Shown: in pieces, positions 52,500 to 64,000 of the stretch
Position numbering within the stretch: position 1 is the first letter of the stretch
Layout: each line of letters opens with the position of its first letter
From: Orbicella franksi
Taxonomy: Eukaryota
Assembly (NCBI GenBank): GCA_964199315.1
Contig: OZ116708.1
Coordinates: 27,280,001 to 27,344,000, forward strand
Reading direction: 5' to 3'
Length of the DNA stretch: 64,000 nt
Program-made: the position numbers and the translations under genes
The notes under the pieces: model-generated
The model's input: the letters and a program-made list of their open reading frames with translations, nothing else
What the model was told of the DNA's origin: nothing
The model's database searches: none

Positions 52500-52700
52500 T
52501 CCAAGGTGGCTACCCCAGGTACCACCTGATCTGTACTCCCCCCAGGAGGGGCTCCCCTTCCTGGTTCCCTCAGTCCCCCGGGACTGTGGGATATGGGCCT
52601 CACCCCTGGAGCCAGGTCTGGAACTTTTATTCCAGGGTGGCTACCCCCGGTACCACCCGCTCTGTACTCCCCCAGGAGGGCCCCCTTCCTGGGCCCCTAC
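52500..52700. repeat. GC-rich ~130-bp direct duplication
   Basis: GGTGGCTACCCC(C/A)GGTACCACC...CTGTACTCCCCCAGGAGGG occurs at ~52504 and ~52635. Confidence 0.7.
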
Positions 52701-53961
52701 TCCCCAGTCGTCCTTCCCTGCCACCCAAATTTTACCCACAGCCAGTGTGTTATTTCCTAAATGTAGTATCGTTAGTGGAAGCTCAGACCAAGCCTCGAAA
52801 GAGGATCATTAATTAGAAACTAACCAACTGTAACTTGGGGTTCATTAAACAGTATTAGGGACACATATTTTAAGGGCCTTACTATATTGTGCCCTTCTCC
52901 ATTTCTTGCTTTATTCAATATCTTTAAATATCTTTAAAGAAAGATATCTTGTAATATAATAATAACTTTATAATATAACAAATATCTTTGTAACTAAGAT
53001 AATAATGAATGGAGGAAATAATAAAACAAAACAAACAAACAATCCCTGCAGTATTTTTTGGTGCTTCCATTTCTTTGTGTGCAACTGCATTTCTCTGTTG
53101 CTTTTCCAACATGGTTTTTGCTAAAACCCTTCTTTTGTAATCATGTGCAAGGAACATTCTCAGACTCTATAATTATTGTTAATAAGAAACATCATGCCTT
53201 AAATCAGCTTACTCGCAAATTTGTCTTTAGCAAAAGATTATTTAATTATAATAAATATTCTCTTATCGAACATTTGCAAGAAAGCTATGGAATCAAAATG
53301 ATAAAAAACTCTTATCAGTACATTTTTAATTACATTTTTATTAGTGTTTTTTTTTTGTTTTTTTGTTTTTTTGATGGATTGAATAAAATGAATAAAGTGT
53401 AGCCACTGTGGTACTTTAATCTAATTAAATAATAATATGAATAATCAGAAAGTAAGGGACAGGTTATATTCCAGTTGAAAAACTTAAGCTGGCACATCAA
53501 TCATTTTTATAACTTTTCTTAAGCCTGACTCACCTTTTCAGCCATTACTTTAGAAATGGTTGCCAAAGATCGACCCTATCAAGGAAAACAACTTACAACT
53601 ATTAGCCAATTATAAAAGGGTCATAATGCAAAGCTTGAAAAGCTAAGGGTCAACTGTCAAGTTCACATGGATAGTCAGGATGATGGCTACAGTGTATGTC
53701 AATATTGGTTTCATTGATCAAGACATATTTTGTGTGTTTTCTACAGACTAATTCAGACTACACAGTTCTGACTAATTCAGATTACATAGTTTTGCGCTGG
53801 CATCCAGTTTTCTAGTGATTCTATCTGCGTGTTCAATGATCGAATAAAAATACAAGAAAGTAGAGGGCTGTGAACAGTCTAAACAATGACAACCAAAAAA
53901 AACCACATAAATAAAAAAATACATGTATATATAATATTTAGAAAACATTATGTACCACATG

Positions 53962-54138
53962 CAGAGTTTCATTCAGGACTGGGCACAGTGCGAATTGAGT
54001 GGCTGTGAGGATAATTTTGCCTACCTAGTTTGATCATCAAGAGGAAAGATTTTTTTAATAAAGAAGTTCAGTTAAAAAAGTTTTGCCTGCCTATGAAAAC
54101 CAGTTGCCCTTCCGCTGAAAATGTTAATGAAGCCCCTG
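53962..54138. mobile_element. hAT-like MITE with 5-bp target duplication
   Basis: CAGAGTTTCATT...AATGAAGCCCCTG flanked by ACATG on both sides. Confidence 0.7.
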
Positions 54139-54320
54139 ACATGTAGACAGTACATAATTACAGTAAGGTAGAAATGCATATGTCATGGAAATTACCTTTC
54201 TTCTGATTCTTCGGTGTTTTGGAGGAAGCAGAGGAATCTGTTGATTTTCTGTTCTGATGAGGACTTTCAAGTAACAGTACTATAATTTTTATTTCTATGC
54301 ACATGGAAGTGTTCAGTAGC

Positions 54321-54968
54321 TTAAGAACATTCATGCAAAAATTTTCCAGTCAATAGACTTTTTTCACAATTTTTATTGCAGTCAGATAATGAGTTACTCG
54401 CGTCAGAAATGCAAAAAAAAATTGGGAGTCACCCACTTTGTTTCAGAGATAAAGCTTATGGAAAACTACCTTGATTTTGAAAAATTGGTGCACGTAATTC
54501 AGCAAGGTCTACAGGGGTTTATAGTTAAAAATATCAAAGGTGAGTCAACGGAGACAAACGGTCACATTTTGTAGAAGTTGGTCTGTTGCGTAAACAATTC
54601 CAAATGTTACCAATGTTTCCACATGTGTAACCCTTCAAGAGGCATTTGAAACCGTCACACAGATAAACATAGAGCTAAAAAGAATGGAATTCAATGGCGC
54701 ATTTTGCAAAAAATTCAAACTCTGAGTTGATAGATTTTCTTCATTTTTGTGCTAAACATAGAAAATCGGTAGAGAAATTCATCCATCAAAAGAAAAATAG
54801 GGGTCACCAAATGTCCAAGATCATTAAATCCAGGTAAAGCTATAGCAATGGCCACCTGCCCTATCATTGTTCATTTTATTCCTTAGCACGTGCTCTCATG
54901 CATGACGTGGCATGTGAATTTCCGTGCACAGTAAGGATGCACAAAAACAATTAGCATGAACGTCCTTG
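54321..54968. mobile_element. TTAA-flanked non-autonomous DNA element (Kolobok/piggyBac-like); partial second copy at ~48500-48744
   Basis: Left end TTAAGAACATTCATGC, right end GCATGAACGTCCTT. The right half is shared with 48500-48744, which ends GCGCGAACGTCCTTAA. Confidence 0.55.
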
Positions 54969-55295
54969 TACTGATTATCTAGGTAAAAGAAAAGTTACCA
55001 TAATAACAAGAACCAAATTATACCAGCATACATCACAATACATAATTTATGTACTTAGTCAGTTTTATTAAACAGATACTACATATTTCATATAGATTTT
55101 GTTACAGTGTATTATAGCAAACTGAAATTCATAATTTATAGCTTGGGATTCCACAGTAGTGTACTCCTCATTAGTACAAGTAACAGAGTCAGGTACTCTT
55201 TTGGGAACTGACACCCTCTTGGGCGATTTTTTTTTTTTTAAGTAATACTAGTGAGCAGCACTTCAGCAACAGATCTTGTCAACTTGCATTATTTT

Positions 55296-55337
55296 CTCCG
55301 ACCGGTCTCATCTGATCATACAGACTTCATCAGGGAG
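55296..55337 (-). ncRNA. Hammerhead ribozyme motif, mutated core (GAGA)
   Basis: CTCC-CTGATGA-A-GTCTG-TATGAT-CAGAT-GAGA-CCGGTC-GGAG: perfect stem I, but GAAA is changed to GAGA. Confidence 0.55.
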
Positions 55338-56522
55338 TTTGAACAAGATACATAAAGGAACTTATTTTATACCTATTCTTTAGAGTAGAAATCATGTTCC
55401 AACTAGGGTGTGAACAGCAAAAATCACCTACAGAATTGTGTGCAGGATATGACTAAAATCCTGCGAATGTGCAATGTTAAATTTAACGTTAAATCCGTGA
55501 GCCCCAAAAAAAGTTTACTGACATAGATATGCTAACGTATTGGTAGATTTATAACTGACAATAGAACTAAGGTTCGGTAAATGCTTAAGAATAACTTTTT
55601 TGATTCCAACATGACTGCAGTTAAACGTGGATTTGAACACCACTGTCCTATGTCTAGATAACCGACCAGGCTTAGAGAACCATTTACTCCTGTTACTATA
55701 GTTTATCTCCCTGAAAACGGGTAGTAAAAACCTAGCTGGATAACCGCGAAGGCATAAGCGCTTGCAGAATAGTTGACGTGTCTCATCGAATGAGCGAAAA
55801 GTCAAGCTATTTCTGGTGTAACGCACGAGCTCGCCTTTGATAAAAGCTTTTTTGTTGCTAGCGGGGTGAAATGACTCATATGGTATACATAAATACTTGT
55901 TAAGCGGTTTCTGAAAAGTAGAGTATTGTAGTTTGTTTCTGACAGAATCTTTGAAAAGTAGCAAGTCTAGAAAGGAAATCTTAGAATTGCTAATTTCATA
56001 AGTTATCTTAATGTGTTCATCCTTAGTATTAATGGCACTGAGAAATTCAAGGAGGGTCTCCCAAAGGCCTTCCCAGATGACAAAAATATCATCGATGAAA
56101 CGCTTGTAGAGGGTTAAATTTCGAGAATACAGTTCAATAATATCCCTCTCATGATAATACATAAAAGCGTTTGCGGCTGTAACCGCGAAGGGAGTACCCA
56201 TGGAGATACCAAACGTTTGATGGTATATATCGCTACTAAATTCAGATTTCAGGAAATTATTCTCAAAGATTACACGAGTTAACTGAACCAAGAGAGGTGT
56301 TTGTACTACCTTGCCCTCTCTAAATTTAAGACCTAAGCCAAGAGTTTGTGACTGCTCTGGGGTGAGAGTGACATTTGAAAGATTGTGAAATTCCAAATTC
56401 CGTGGTAAGAGGTCCAATTTTTAAAATTTTTTTAATTTTTTTTTTAATTTTCTTTTTTTTTTTTTTAAATAATACTAGTGAGCAGCACTTCAGCAACAGA
56501 TCTTGTCAACTTGCATTATTTT

Positions 56523-56564
56523 CTCTGACCGGTTTCGTCTGATCATACAGACTTCATCAGGGAG
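56523..56564 (-). ncRNA. Minimal type I hammerhead ribozyme motif in the Penelope pseudo-LTR
   Basis: Minus strand reads CTCC-CTGATGA-A-GTCTG-TATGAT-CAGAC-GAAA-C-CG-GTC-AGAG. The CUGAUGA/GAAA core, 5-bp stem II, palindromic ACCGGT stem III and GUC cleavage triplet are intact. Confidence 0.75.
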
Positions 56565-56786
56565 TTTAAACAAGATACATAAAGGAACTTAGTTTATACC
56601 TATTCTTTAGAGTAGAAATCACGTTCCAACTAGGGTGTGAACAGCAAAAAACACCTACAGAATTGTGTGCAGGATATGACTAAAATCCTGCGAATGTGCA
56701 ATGTTTAATTTTGGGGCTCACGGATTTAACATTAAATCCGTGAGCCCTTCGGTATAAAATAAGTTCCTTTATGTATCTTGTTCAAA

Positions 56787-56828
56787 CTCCCTGATGAAGT
56801 CTGTATGATCAGACGAGACCGGTCAGAG
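56787..56828 (+). ncRNA. Hammerhead ribozyme motif in the inverted pseudo-LTR copy, mutated core (GAGA)
   Basis: CTCC-CTGATGA-A-GTCTG-TATGAT-CAGAC-GAGA-CCGGTC-AGAG on the plus strand. Confidence 0.55.
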
Positions 56829-57003
56829 AAAATAATGCAAGTTGACAAGATCTGTTGCTGACATGCTGCTCACTAGTATTACTTAAAAAAATTGAAATTC
56901 ATAATTTATAGCTTGGGATTCCACAGTAGTGTACTCCTCATTAGTACAAGTAACAAAGTCAGGTACTCTTTTGGGAACTGACACCCTCTTGGGCGGTAGC
57001 TTC

Positions 57004-57413
57004 ATACATACATACATACGTACGTTTATTTGATAAGTACGTTTAAAATAAGCAACTGTACAGCTGATGTGGACCTACTACTACTAAGTCTAAATAAGAG
57101 AAACAGAAATTTACAATACAATTGTCATAAAGCTAAAATAATATAAACAATAACAATAAAAAGAGTAATCAAATAATTTAAAAATACCTAAATTCAGGGT
57201 TCTTATTATGATTTACAGAGCATTCCTTTTGGAAAGTGATGTCTCTGACATAGGTCTTGATCGATTTTATCTTCCTTTTAAAAGAAAGAGGGTTTTCAAG
57301 CTGTTTGACAGTGTCAGGTAAAGAGTTCCAGGCAATTGCAGCTCTGTGTTTAAATGAACGACGGCCCTGTTCGGTTCTTAGCCTGGATACAACAACATTT
57401 AACGATTTCAACT
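57004..57413 (-). mobile_element. 5'-truncated L2/CR1-type LINE 3' end with (TATG)n tail
   Basis: Peptide RLRTEQGRRSFKHRAAIAWNSLPDTVKQLENPLSFKRKIK, typical of the CR1/L2 ORF2 C-terminus. Tandem TATG tail at ~57004-57020; GAAGC repeated at both ends. Confidence 0.8.
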
Positions 57414-58589
57414 GCTTCCATGGTTCTATTAAATCATTTTCCATTACAGTGGTTAAATATGGTTCACTGTCTAGAAAATTATTCAAAAAATAAACATGAA
57501 AATATTTTGCATTGATAAGGGCAAGTAAAGGCAAGGTAACTCAATGAAGTAGGAAAGCATAAATTGGGACTTTCCAAAAATTTTGCATATATTGGGATGG
57601 AGGGGCAACTTCGACAGGTCTTTGATCCAGCAAAAAACTGATTCCTACAGGTCTTGATTTCAATTTTAATGATTCCGATACGACTGTATTTTCTCTAAAT
57701 TAGAGGGATGGCAGATTTCAACAAGGGCAATTTTCTCAAGTTACTGATTCTAACAATAATAATTTTCAGTAATTACAGATTCTGATAGCCTTGTTTCTTA
57801 AAAAAAAAAGAAAACAAACGTTTCCTACCCCAACTCCTACGACGAAAACTGCAGATTCCGAAAGGGTTTAATCAGACCTTACCAAAATGTACCCTCCATA
57901 GGAGGGGGGGGGGGGTGCGGACAAAAAATGGAACGTCCCATTTATCAGTTGTATAGTGAATTGAAGTCAAGAAACAGTTCTCACTTTACATGTATCGTGG
58001 TTAGGGTCGAATAATTTACCTTTGACTTTATCTTCTTGTAAGATTCTTTCAACTTAGTCTCATGCCCTCTCTTAGAAAAATTTCAAGTTGAATCTTGAAC
58101 TTACCGAAAATCGACGTTCCACGACACTTGCACGTGGAACACAAATTTGTTCTTTCACGCCCTCGTACTCTCCTCCGCGTTCTTCTAACATCACATGAAT
58201 GTTTTACAGTCAGTTTCGATTCTCCACAGTTAACAAGAATCCGGTTCTTTTCTTTGTAAATACGTTAAAAATGAAAGAACTCTTCTCACATCTAACCATG
58301 CCTTCGAGTTTAGCGCCATCTTTGACCCAGCATTCCCCGCGGCCTCCCAGACAACTCCCGCGAAGAGTTTTCGGAGGACTGGGCTGGGCCAGATTGGCCA
58401 TTTTGCTTTTCAAATTTCGGAGGTATGGTGGATGATGCAATCTTTCCCCAGCAGCCAGCAGTCCAAACTTACCAAATATTGGCTCTAAAAAGCCATGGAA
58501 TGGATAAAATTTTGCCTTTTGGCCGAGGTGAGACTGGGATCCAAAAGTCATGATACCAAATAAACAGTTGAGACATTTCATCAGAAAAC

Positions 58590-59000
58590 GGTGTGGTGTA
58601 GTGGGTAAGGCGATTGACTTAAGAGCGGGAGGTACCAGGTTCAAACAAAATATATAATGGGTAAAATCAGTAGTATAGTGAAGGCGTGGGTTGATAGTTC
58701 GAGGGGATAATAAGGGGGTGGGGGAAAAAAATCAGAGGGGATTAGGGAGACTGTGATTAGGAGACAAATGGGAGAAAGGGCAAATAGGCCATGGAGGAAT
58801 ATGAGGGATCAGTCCTATAGTGATAGGTATGATAAGACATATCGGGGAGATTATGAGGAAAAAGTATCAAAGGGGAAATTAGGGAGATTAGAGAGTGGAA
58901 AGGGTGGTGAAAGGAATAATAAGTAATTCGTGAAAGGGATAATAAGTAATAGGCGGATAGAGGCTCCTGGCGGATGTGAATAAAAAACATAAGAGTCAAA
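58590..59000 (+). mobile_element. tRNA-like head followed by a purine-rich body (SINE-like)
   Basis: GGTGTAGTGGGTA (A box), CTTAAGA anticodon-like loop, GGTTCAAAC (B box); no 3' acceptor strand; GGGAGA/GGATTAG-rich low-complexity body. Confidence 0.4.
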
Positions 59001-62000
59001 GCAGAAGCAAAACTAGCGGGTTAGTAGTCGGTATATACCCTGTTATAGGAGAAAACAAATACTTTGTATAGGAATCTAAACCTGAAATGTCTTTCAAACA
59101 GACCAATCGTTTTTTCCTTTTCTTTCTGTTTTTACAGCACAAAAAGTATCCTAAAAGCAAGTTGTTAACTTATTGATAACAGCATAGGTGACGTTATCAT
59201 TATAAATCTCGTATAAAAAATATTGAAAGTGAAATTATCTTTTTGCCGTGAGCTTTGCACCAAGCATAAGAGAAGAATTCACAGCTGGATACCCACACTA
59301 TAATATTGAGAGTTCTTTTTGTTTTACTTCCACGTTTTGCCAGAAATTAATGGTCTACTAATAACCTTAGCCAACTCTATTAACATAGTCAGCTATTTTT
59401 AATAACGTTTTCGGGCATGCCAGCAGCCGTTTCTTTCATTTGTTTTTCCGGCGACGCAATAAACAGGAGTAAACTGGCTCTCTCTCAGCTTTGTCGGTCA
59501 CAGCTGTAACTGATTCATATATTTGTGGTAGTACGGCATTTCAAGAAGAATACGTGTATGCTTGATATAATCACCATAGTTAAAACAAACGTTTTTTAAT
59601 GCTAAATTAAAACACCTCTCCTACAAAAATAGCTGATCCTCAACTCCACCCTCACAACTTGCCTCGAGCATCTCAAAATTATTCGGGCCTTTAAAGTTGT
59701 AACCTATCGAAAAACTCGTATAAATGCCAAAGCACAAGTCAGCAACAATTATATCCTGGCAGTTTGTCCAGCAGGATTCTTTCTATAAGACAAAACGGCA
59801 GTGAATACGCTCTTTCTTGGCTTGCAATAAGCGTTAAATATTTCTTGCCGTCGCGTCAACGTCTTTTTCTTGACGGGTGGTTACCGAAATCGACCAATCA
59901 CAGCCTAGCTCAACAAGTCTTGTTTGTTACTAGACGCTGGGTTTAGTAATTACCCAGCACTGACACAAACATTCTAGAGTTTTCCTTATTTTACACTGTC
60001 ACGAATTCTTGGAGCTGTCGCGCTTTCATATTCCATCTGTCATTCACCAAAATAAGTTTGTTTCAGTTGCCTTTTAGATGCAACACGCTGTTCGTGTCCA
60101 TACATTTTTCTAGCTTCTCGGAGTGTGCTGAGCGTTAGCAATGTTGGGATCTCGCCATAAACAAGAATTAACTTTTAAACGTAAGTACGCATTTTTTCAC
60201 ATGTTTTAAACCTCAGTCATTCACCCTAGTAACAAGTCTCTCTTGTACTGGATGAAGGTTGTAACTCGATGCTATTTCTTGATTTACTGGGAATGTTTAC
60301 TTTCTATCAAAGTCTTATCTTCAGGAATTTATTTATAAGAAATTGCTGTGTTATTCTAGCTTGGGAGAGTCGCGTTTAGCGTCAGGTAGTTTTGCATACT
60401 ACAAAATGAAAACATTTAAATTTTCACCTGTTAAGTTGAAAGCCTGTTTGTTTGAAATGCCGTCGGCGAAAGTAAATATTACCTATACTTTCTCAGTATT
60501 AATGGTTCTGGTTTTTATATTACAGCTTAAAACAGCATTTTCAATCCGCATTTGAAGAATATTTTGATCATGCTTACTATTTGAAAGATGTGTGGTCAGT
60601 TTGATTGTTACAAATCCGGAGCAACAACGAAATAACGAAGAAAATGATGGCGCTTTTATCACAAAATAGACTCATGTTACAGTTAAGGCGTAGATTTGAG
60701 TCTCGAAAGGTTTGATAATTTAGTCAAGTTCTATTCCATAACGTTCGGATATCCATTAAAATGAGATCTGGCTGTAACAGAAGTCTGTGATAGCACTTAA
60801 AACACTCAGTTCTAACAAAGCTGTGGACGTCTGTTAAACTAAGTATGCATTTTGTCCGCTGGCGCATTAACATTTCACAAATTATGTACGTGTGTAAATG
60901 TTGTCAAAGTTCTAAATGAATGCTTTGTAATGGTTTGCCAACGTTTAATGATCAAGTTGGAATTTCTCTTTCGAATGTAAATACGAGCAGACAGGTGACT
61001 AGAAAGAAAGTCAGTGACAAAGGAATATTGTCTTGATGTAATATCCGATTCTCATAACTGATATTAAAAGAATTGTACGGCTATCAGTAAGAAGAACTGA
61101 TATTTTGAACCTGGTTGAACAGTTTTCAAAGTGTTAATTCATTCACGGTCAGAGTTTTATTTTTTCATTTCCGAATCAGATTTCGTTACATAAAGACATC
61201 GTAATATTCTCATTTAATAGCTTTAGTACATCTATTCATAACTGAATCATTTTCAGATTAAAAAACGTTTTCCCAAGCTATATATTTTTTTCAATATCCA
61301 TTGATTAAGAATCAAAATTAGCGATAATAATTTTGAATGACGTTTCGATGACTCGTTCATCATTTTCAAATTCGTAAAACTAAAAGTCAGATTCTTGTGA
61401 GTTTTTTATATATTAAGAATGCGTGTAAAAGTCTCGTTGCATTGAGAATTCTATTAATTTGGCTCTTGGCTCACGATTTTTGTGAAAGTCTAACCTGACG
61501 TCCACGAGACAACTAAGTTTCGGTGAAATAGCAGATGAAATATTCTGTTTTGAAGAGAAACAGTATTTAGTATTCTAGAAGTAGGAAATTCCTCCGGTTT
61601 CTAACCTATATTGAGTTGAAACAGCACTGATTTTTTGCAACTTCACAGCACGTTCGGAACTTTATCCTTCCATCGAGTCTCTTTTGATTGATATATTCTG
61701 TGGTTTTCTTAATCTAGCGATGACAAAGGTGAATATGAGGATTATTTCTTCACATGACGAGGTTTCATTTTAAAAATTAATGAAAGAACAAACCGAGCTA
61801 GCGCTAGGTTGGACAGCGCCGTTATCAACGAGAGGAAACCGCTCCTTCCAGTAAGCGCCGAGTTGTAGCACGAACAATAACGAACTTTTGCAACTCTGAT
61901 GAAGGTGGACAGAGGCCACCGAAAATTCAGCAAAGAAAAATCATGGATCGGATTACAAAGAAGTTTATTATAAGTGAGCTAGGTCAGTCACCAGACATTT

Positions 62001-63047
62001 GAAGGAAAACTCTTTTCAGCCATTGAAGATCATTGTAACGCCTTGTAACTTCTCAGAAACTTAATAACGTCATTGTCAATTATTTTGTCATCTATTTGTC
62101 ACACACCATGAATAAGTCAAATGATTTGCTTTCCATTGTACGAGAGAATGCGAGTTTCTACAAGCTCAAGCTTTGCAATGAGATAATTTAAAGCAGCTTG
62201 GTCAAAACGTTGACTGCACGGTCACATATCAGATATACCATTTTATGTCATAGCACTGAAATGTCTTCATCTCATTACACGTCAGAGGAGACCTCTCTCA
62301 AATGGTTCCATACTCTTAAGCTTGACATTAAAGTAAGATTTTTCCATTGTACCAACGATTGCACGCTACGAGCGCTTCTGTGGATTTTTGTTAAACCAGC
62401 ACGCGTGGCAAGTGCGCGTGCGTGTGGTGAGTGTGCTGCTCGCGCGCGTGCGAAAGGAAGAGCTTCTTGAGAGGTTTTTGTCCTCTGCGGGTAACGAACA
62501 CTATGCAAAACGACGCCATGTGTTAGACCAAGAACTCGCGAAACCCGACCAAAGGCTGATATATATATATATTCTGTGAAAGGAATCCCCACTATTGTGA
62601 TAAAATGCTGCTAAAAGTTATTAAAAATATAACAAGCTTTTGCCAACTTTGTTATTATTAAACACTGACTTGAACTGTTAATACTGGCAAATGGCTAGGT
62701 ACATGTACAGCAAATGGCCAGGGGTAAAAGAAATGACATTATGAAAACGGCAGTCTCGTCTTCTATTTCCCACGGACTAAATTAAAAGGGTCGCCATCTG
62801 TTTCCAACGCCTTTTTCAACTGCTTCAGAAATGAGCAATTTTTTGGTTCGTAATACTATAAAACACTTCTGTCAAGGAAGGAAAACGAAGGTGAGGCCAC
62901 AGAAGACGCCCTTGAAGTCTCGATAAGGGGAGAGGGTCATAAACTAAGAAAGTTATCTCGACTTGTAGATGGCTTTTAACCCTTCTCCTATAGCGAACCT
63001 CGATTGATGTCCTCTGATTAGCAATACTGTTCTTTTTCTCCTCTAGT

Positions 63048-63575
63048 ATGACCTCGTATAGATACCTGGCCGCCTCGGATGACAATCTACTCGATCGGAA
63101 TCAAAACATAACCGGACAACCAGACGGAATCAAGATCACCCGACTATATGGCTCCGATGAGGAACAGGACGAAGAGGGATCTTCGGGTTTTCGTGGTCGG
63201 TCCCAGAGCCTAAAGTACTTGAATGAACGAGTGGAGACTGGATCCATATCTAGGTCAAAAAGCCTCAGGGATGTGGACACGGGCGACTTTGACCGCGCCA
63301 CAGCGCGGGTGTCGTATGTTGATAGCTGGAATCCAGTTAATCCCGCTGGACGTGGTAGGTTAGCGACAAAGATTCAAAGCTGGGAGAACTTGGACGCAGA
63401 CGAAGACACTATGTCGCGGAGCGCGGAACATGGTTTCGGACAAAGACGCATCAGTAGCCAGAACTCGGCAAGAAAACGGAGCTATGAAAATTACACAAGG
63501 AGAGCGTCGGCTGAAGATTATTCAAGGAAGACTTCGTCGGGACAGGAGTATGAAGTTATGGATAGGGATTCAGAG
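63048..63575 (+). CDS. First large coding exon of an unidentified gene (Ser/Arg/Asp-rich, likely disordered N-terminus), 3'-partial
   Basis: Polypyrimidine acceptor TTCTTTTTCTCCTCTAG directly before T-ATG, 176 open codons with GC-richer composition, strong donor GAG/GTAAGC at 63575/63576. Confidence 0.8.
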
Positions 63576-64000
63576 GTAAGCCGATAATCAGCCAGTAAGT
63601 GCGCGCGAGTAAATTCGCGTCTGGCTGGCTCCGGGTCAGTAAATATGCAATTTATCAGACGAGTAAACGGTCCGATAAGAAGTCTTTATAGTTGTACCGC
63701 TTTCGCCGACTGGAACTCAGTAATAACTAGTGCTAAGTAATTAGAAAATACATTTAATGAATGTGAACGGGGAAACTGCGGCAAATTGTTGAGTCTGATA
63801 CATTTAGAATATCGGTAATGTTTTGCCGGCTGTTTCGCCCATCGCAGAACCTGCTCAGTAGTCTAAACTGGCATCAAATCTTCCTTTCATTCTAAAGCAC
63901 CAGTTTAATTCACTCGGTCCTCGCTTGTGGTAGACAGGGTACCACAAACCATCCCGGTGGTCGACCATTGACACCCAATTTTGTTAATTTTATGTCTGTA

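Larger units (their letters stand above)
55226..56892 (-). mobile_element. Penelope-like retroelement, internally deleted, with two direct pseudo-LTRs and an inverted partial copy
   Basis: ORF 56417-55515 (300 aa) has the PLE N-terminal motif FHNLSNVTLTPEQSQTLGLGLKF and RT motifs QTFGISMGTPFA and YKRFIDDIF. Direct repeats at ~55240-55510 and ~56467-56712; inverted copy at ~56750-56890. Confidence 0.88.
43851..58191 (-). pseudogene. Unidentified multi-exon minus-strand gene or gene relic, heavily interrupted by TEs
   Basis: Well-formed AG/GT-bounded open segments: 58191-58105 (MLEERGGEYEGVKEQICVPRASVVERRFS), 54279-54196 (LLLESPHQNRKSTDSSASSKTPKNQKK), 53575-53534 (GRSLATISKVMAEK), 51250-51179 (DESAREKVQDKELVLSDNETDGK), 44730-44630 and 44380-44276/44262 (KAFIRRLQPDSPANRSARRPS...). 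A complete in-phase chain could not be assembled, and no family was recognised. Confidence 0.4.

Noticed and set aside
52373-52816. 147-aa Pro/Gly-rich ORF
   Set aside because: It arises from a GC-rich ~130-bp duplication, with no splice signals or recognisable domain.
58019-58069. Exon RGHETKLKESYKKIKSK directly after the donor at 58104
   Set aside because: It would need an intron of only ~35 nt, so it is not supportable without RNA data.

Overview
AT-rich, intron-rich invertebrate genomic DNA. The MITE families resemble those of stony corals/anthozoans, which is inference only. (1) 25-18916 (+): 32 coding exons of an SLMAP orthologue, from the end of the FHA domain through coiled coils to the C-terminal membrane anchor. 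(2) 20875-26865 (-): a complete 7-exon, 402-aa two-TM protein resembling BK-channel beta (KCNMB)/TipE subunits. (3) 28067-33506: a tandem array with a ~670-bp period. It carries 7 intact copies and 1 split copy of an 81-nt Pol III-type RNA gene (A box, B box, 12-bp terminal panhandle, C(UUCG)G hairpin, oligo-T terminator) that best fits vault RNA. The array sits between two hAT-like MITE copies with an 8-bp outer duplication, in a cointegrate-like geometry. (4) 35-59 kb: TE-rich DNA (L1/Tx1, L2/CR1, RTE, a Penelope-like element with hammerhead ribozyme motifs, many MITEs) overlying scattered minus-strand exons of an unidentified, probably decaying gene. (5) 63048-63575 (+): first large coding exon of an unidentified gene. 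All exon calls were made by hand from GT-AG sites and frame continuity; no database searches were run.
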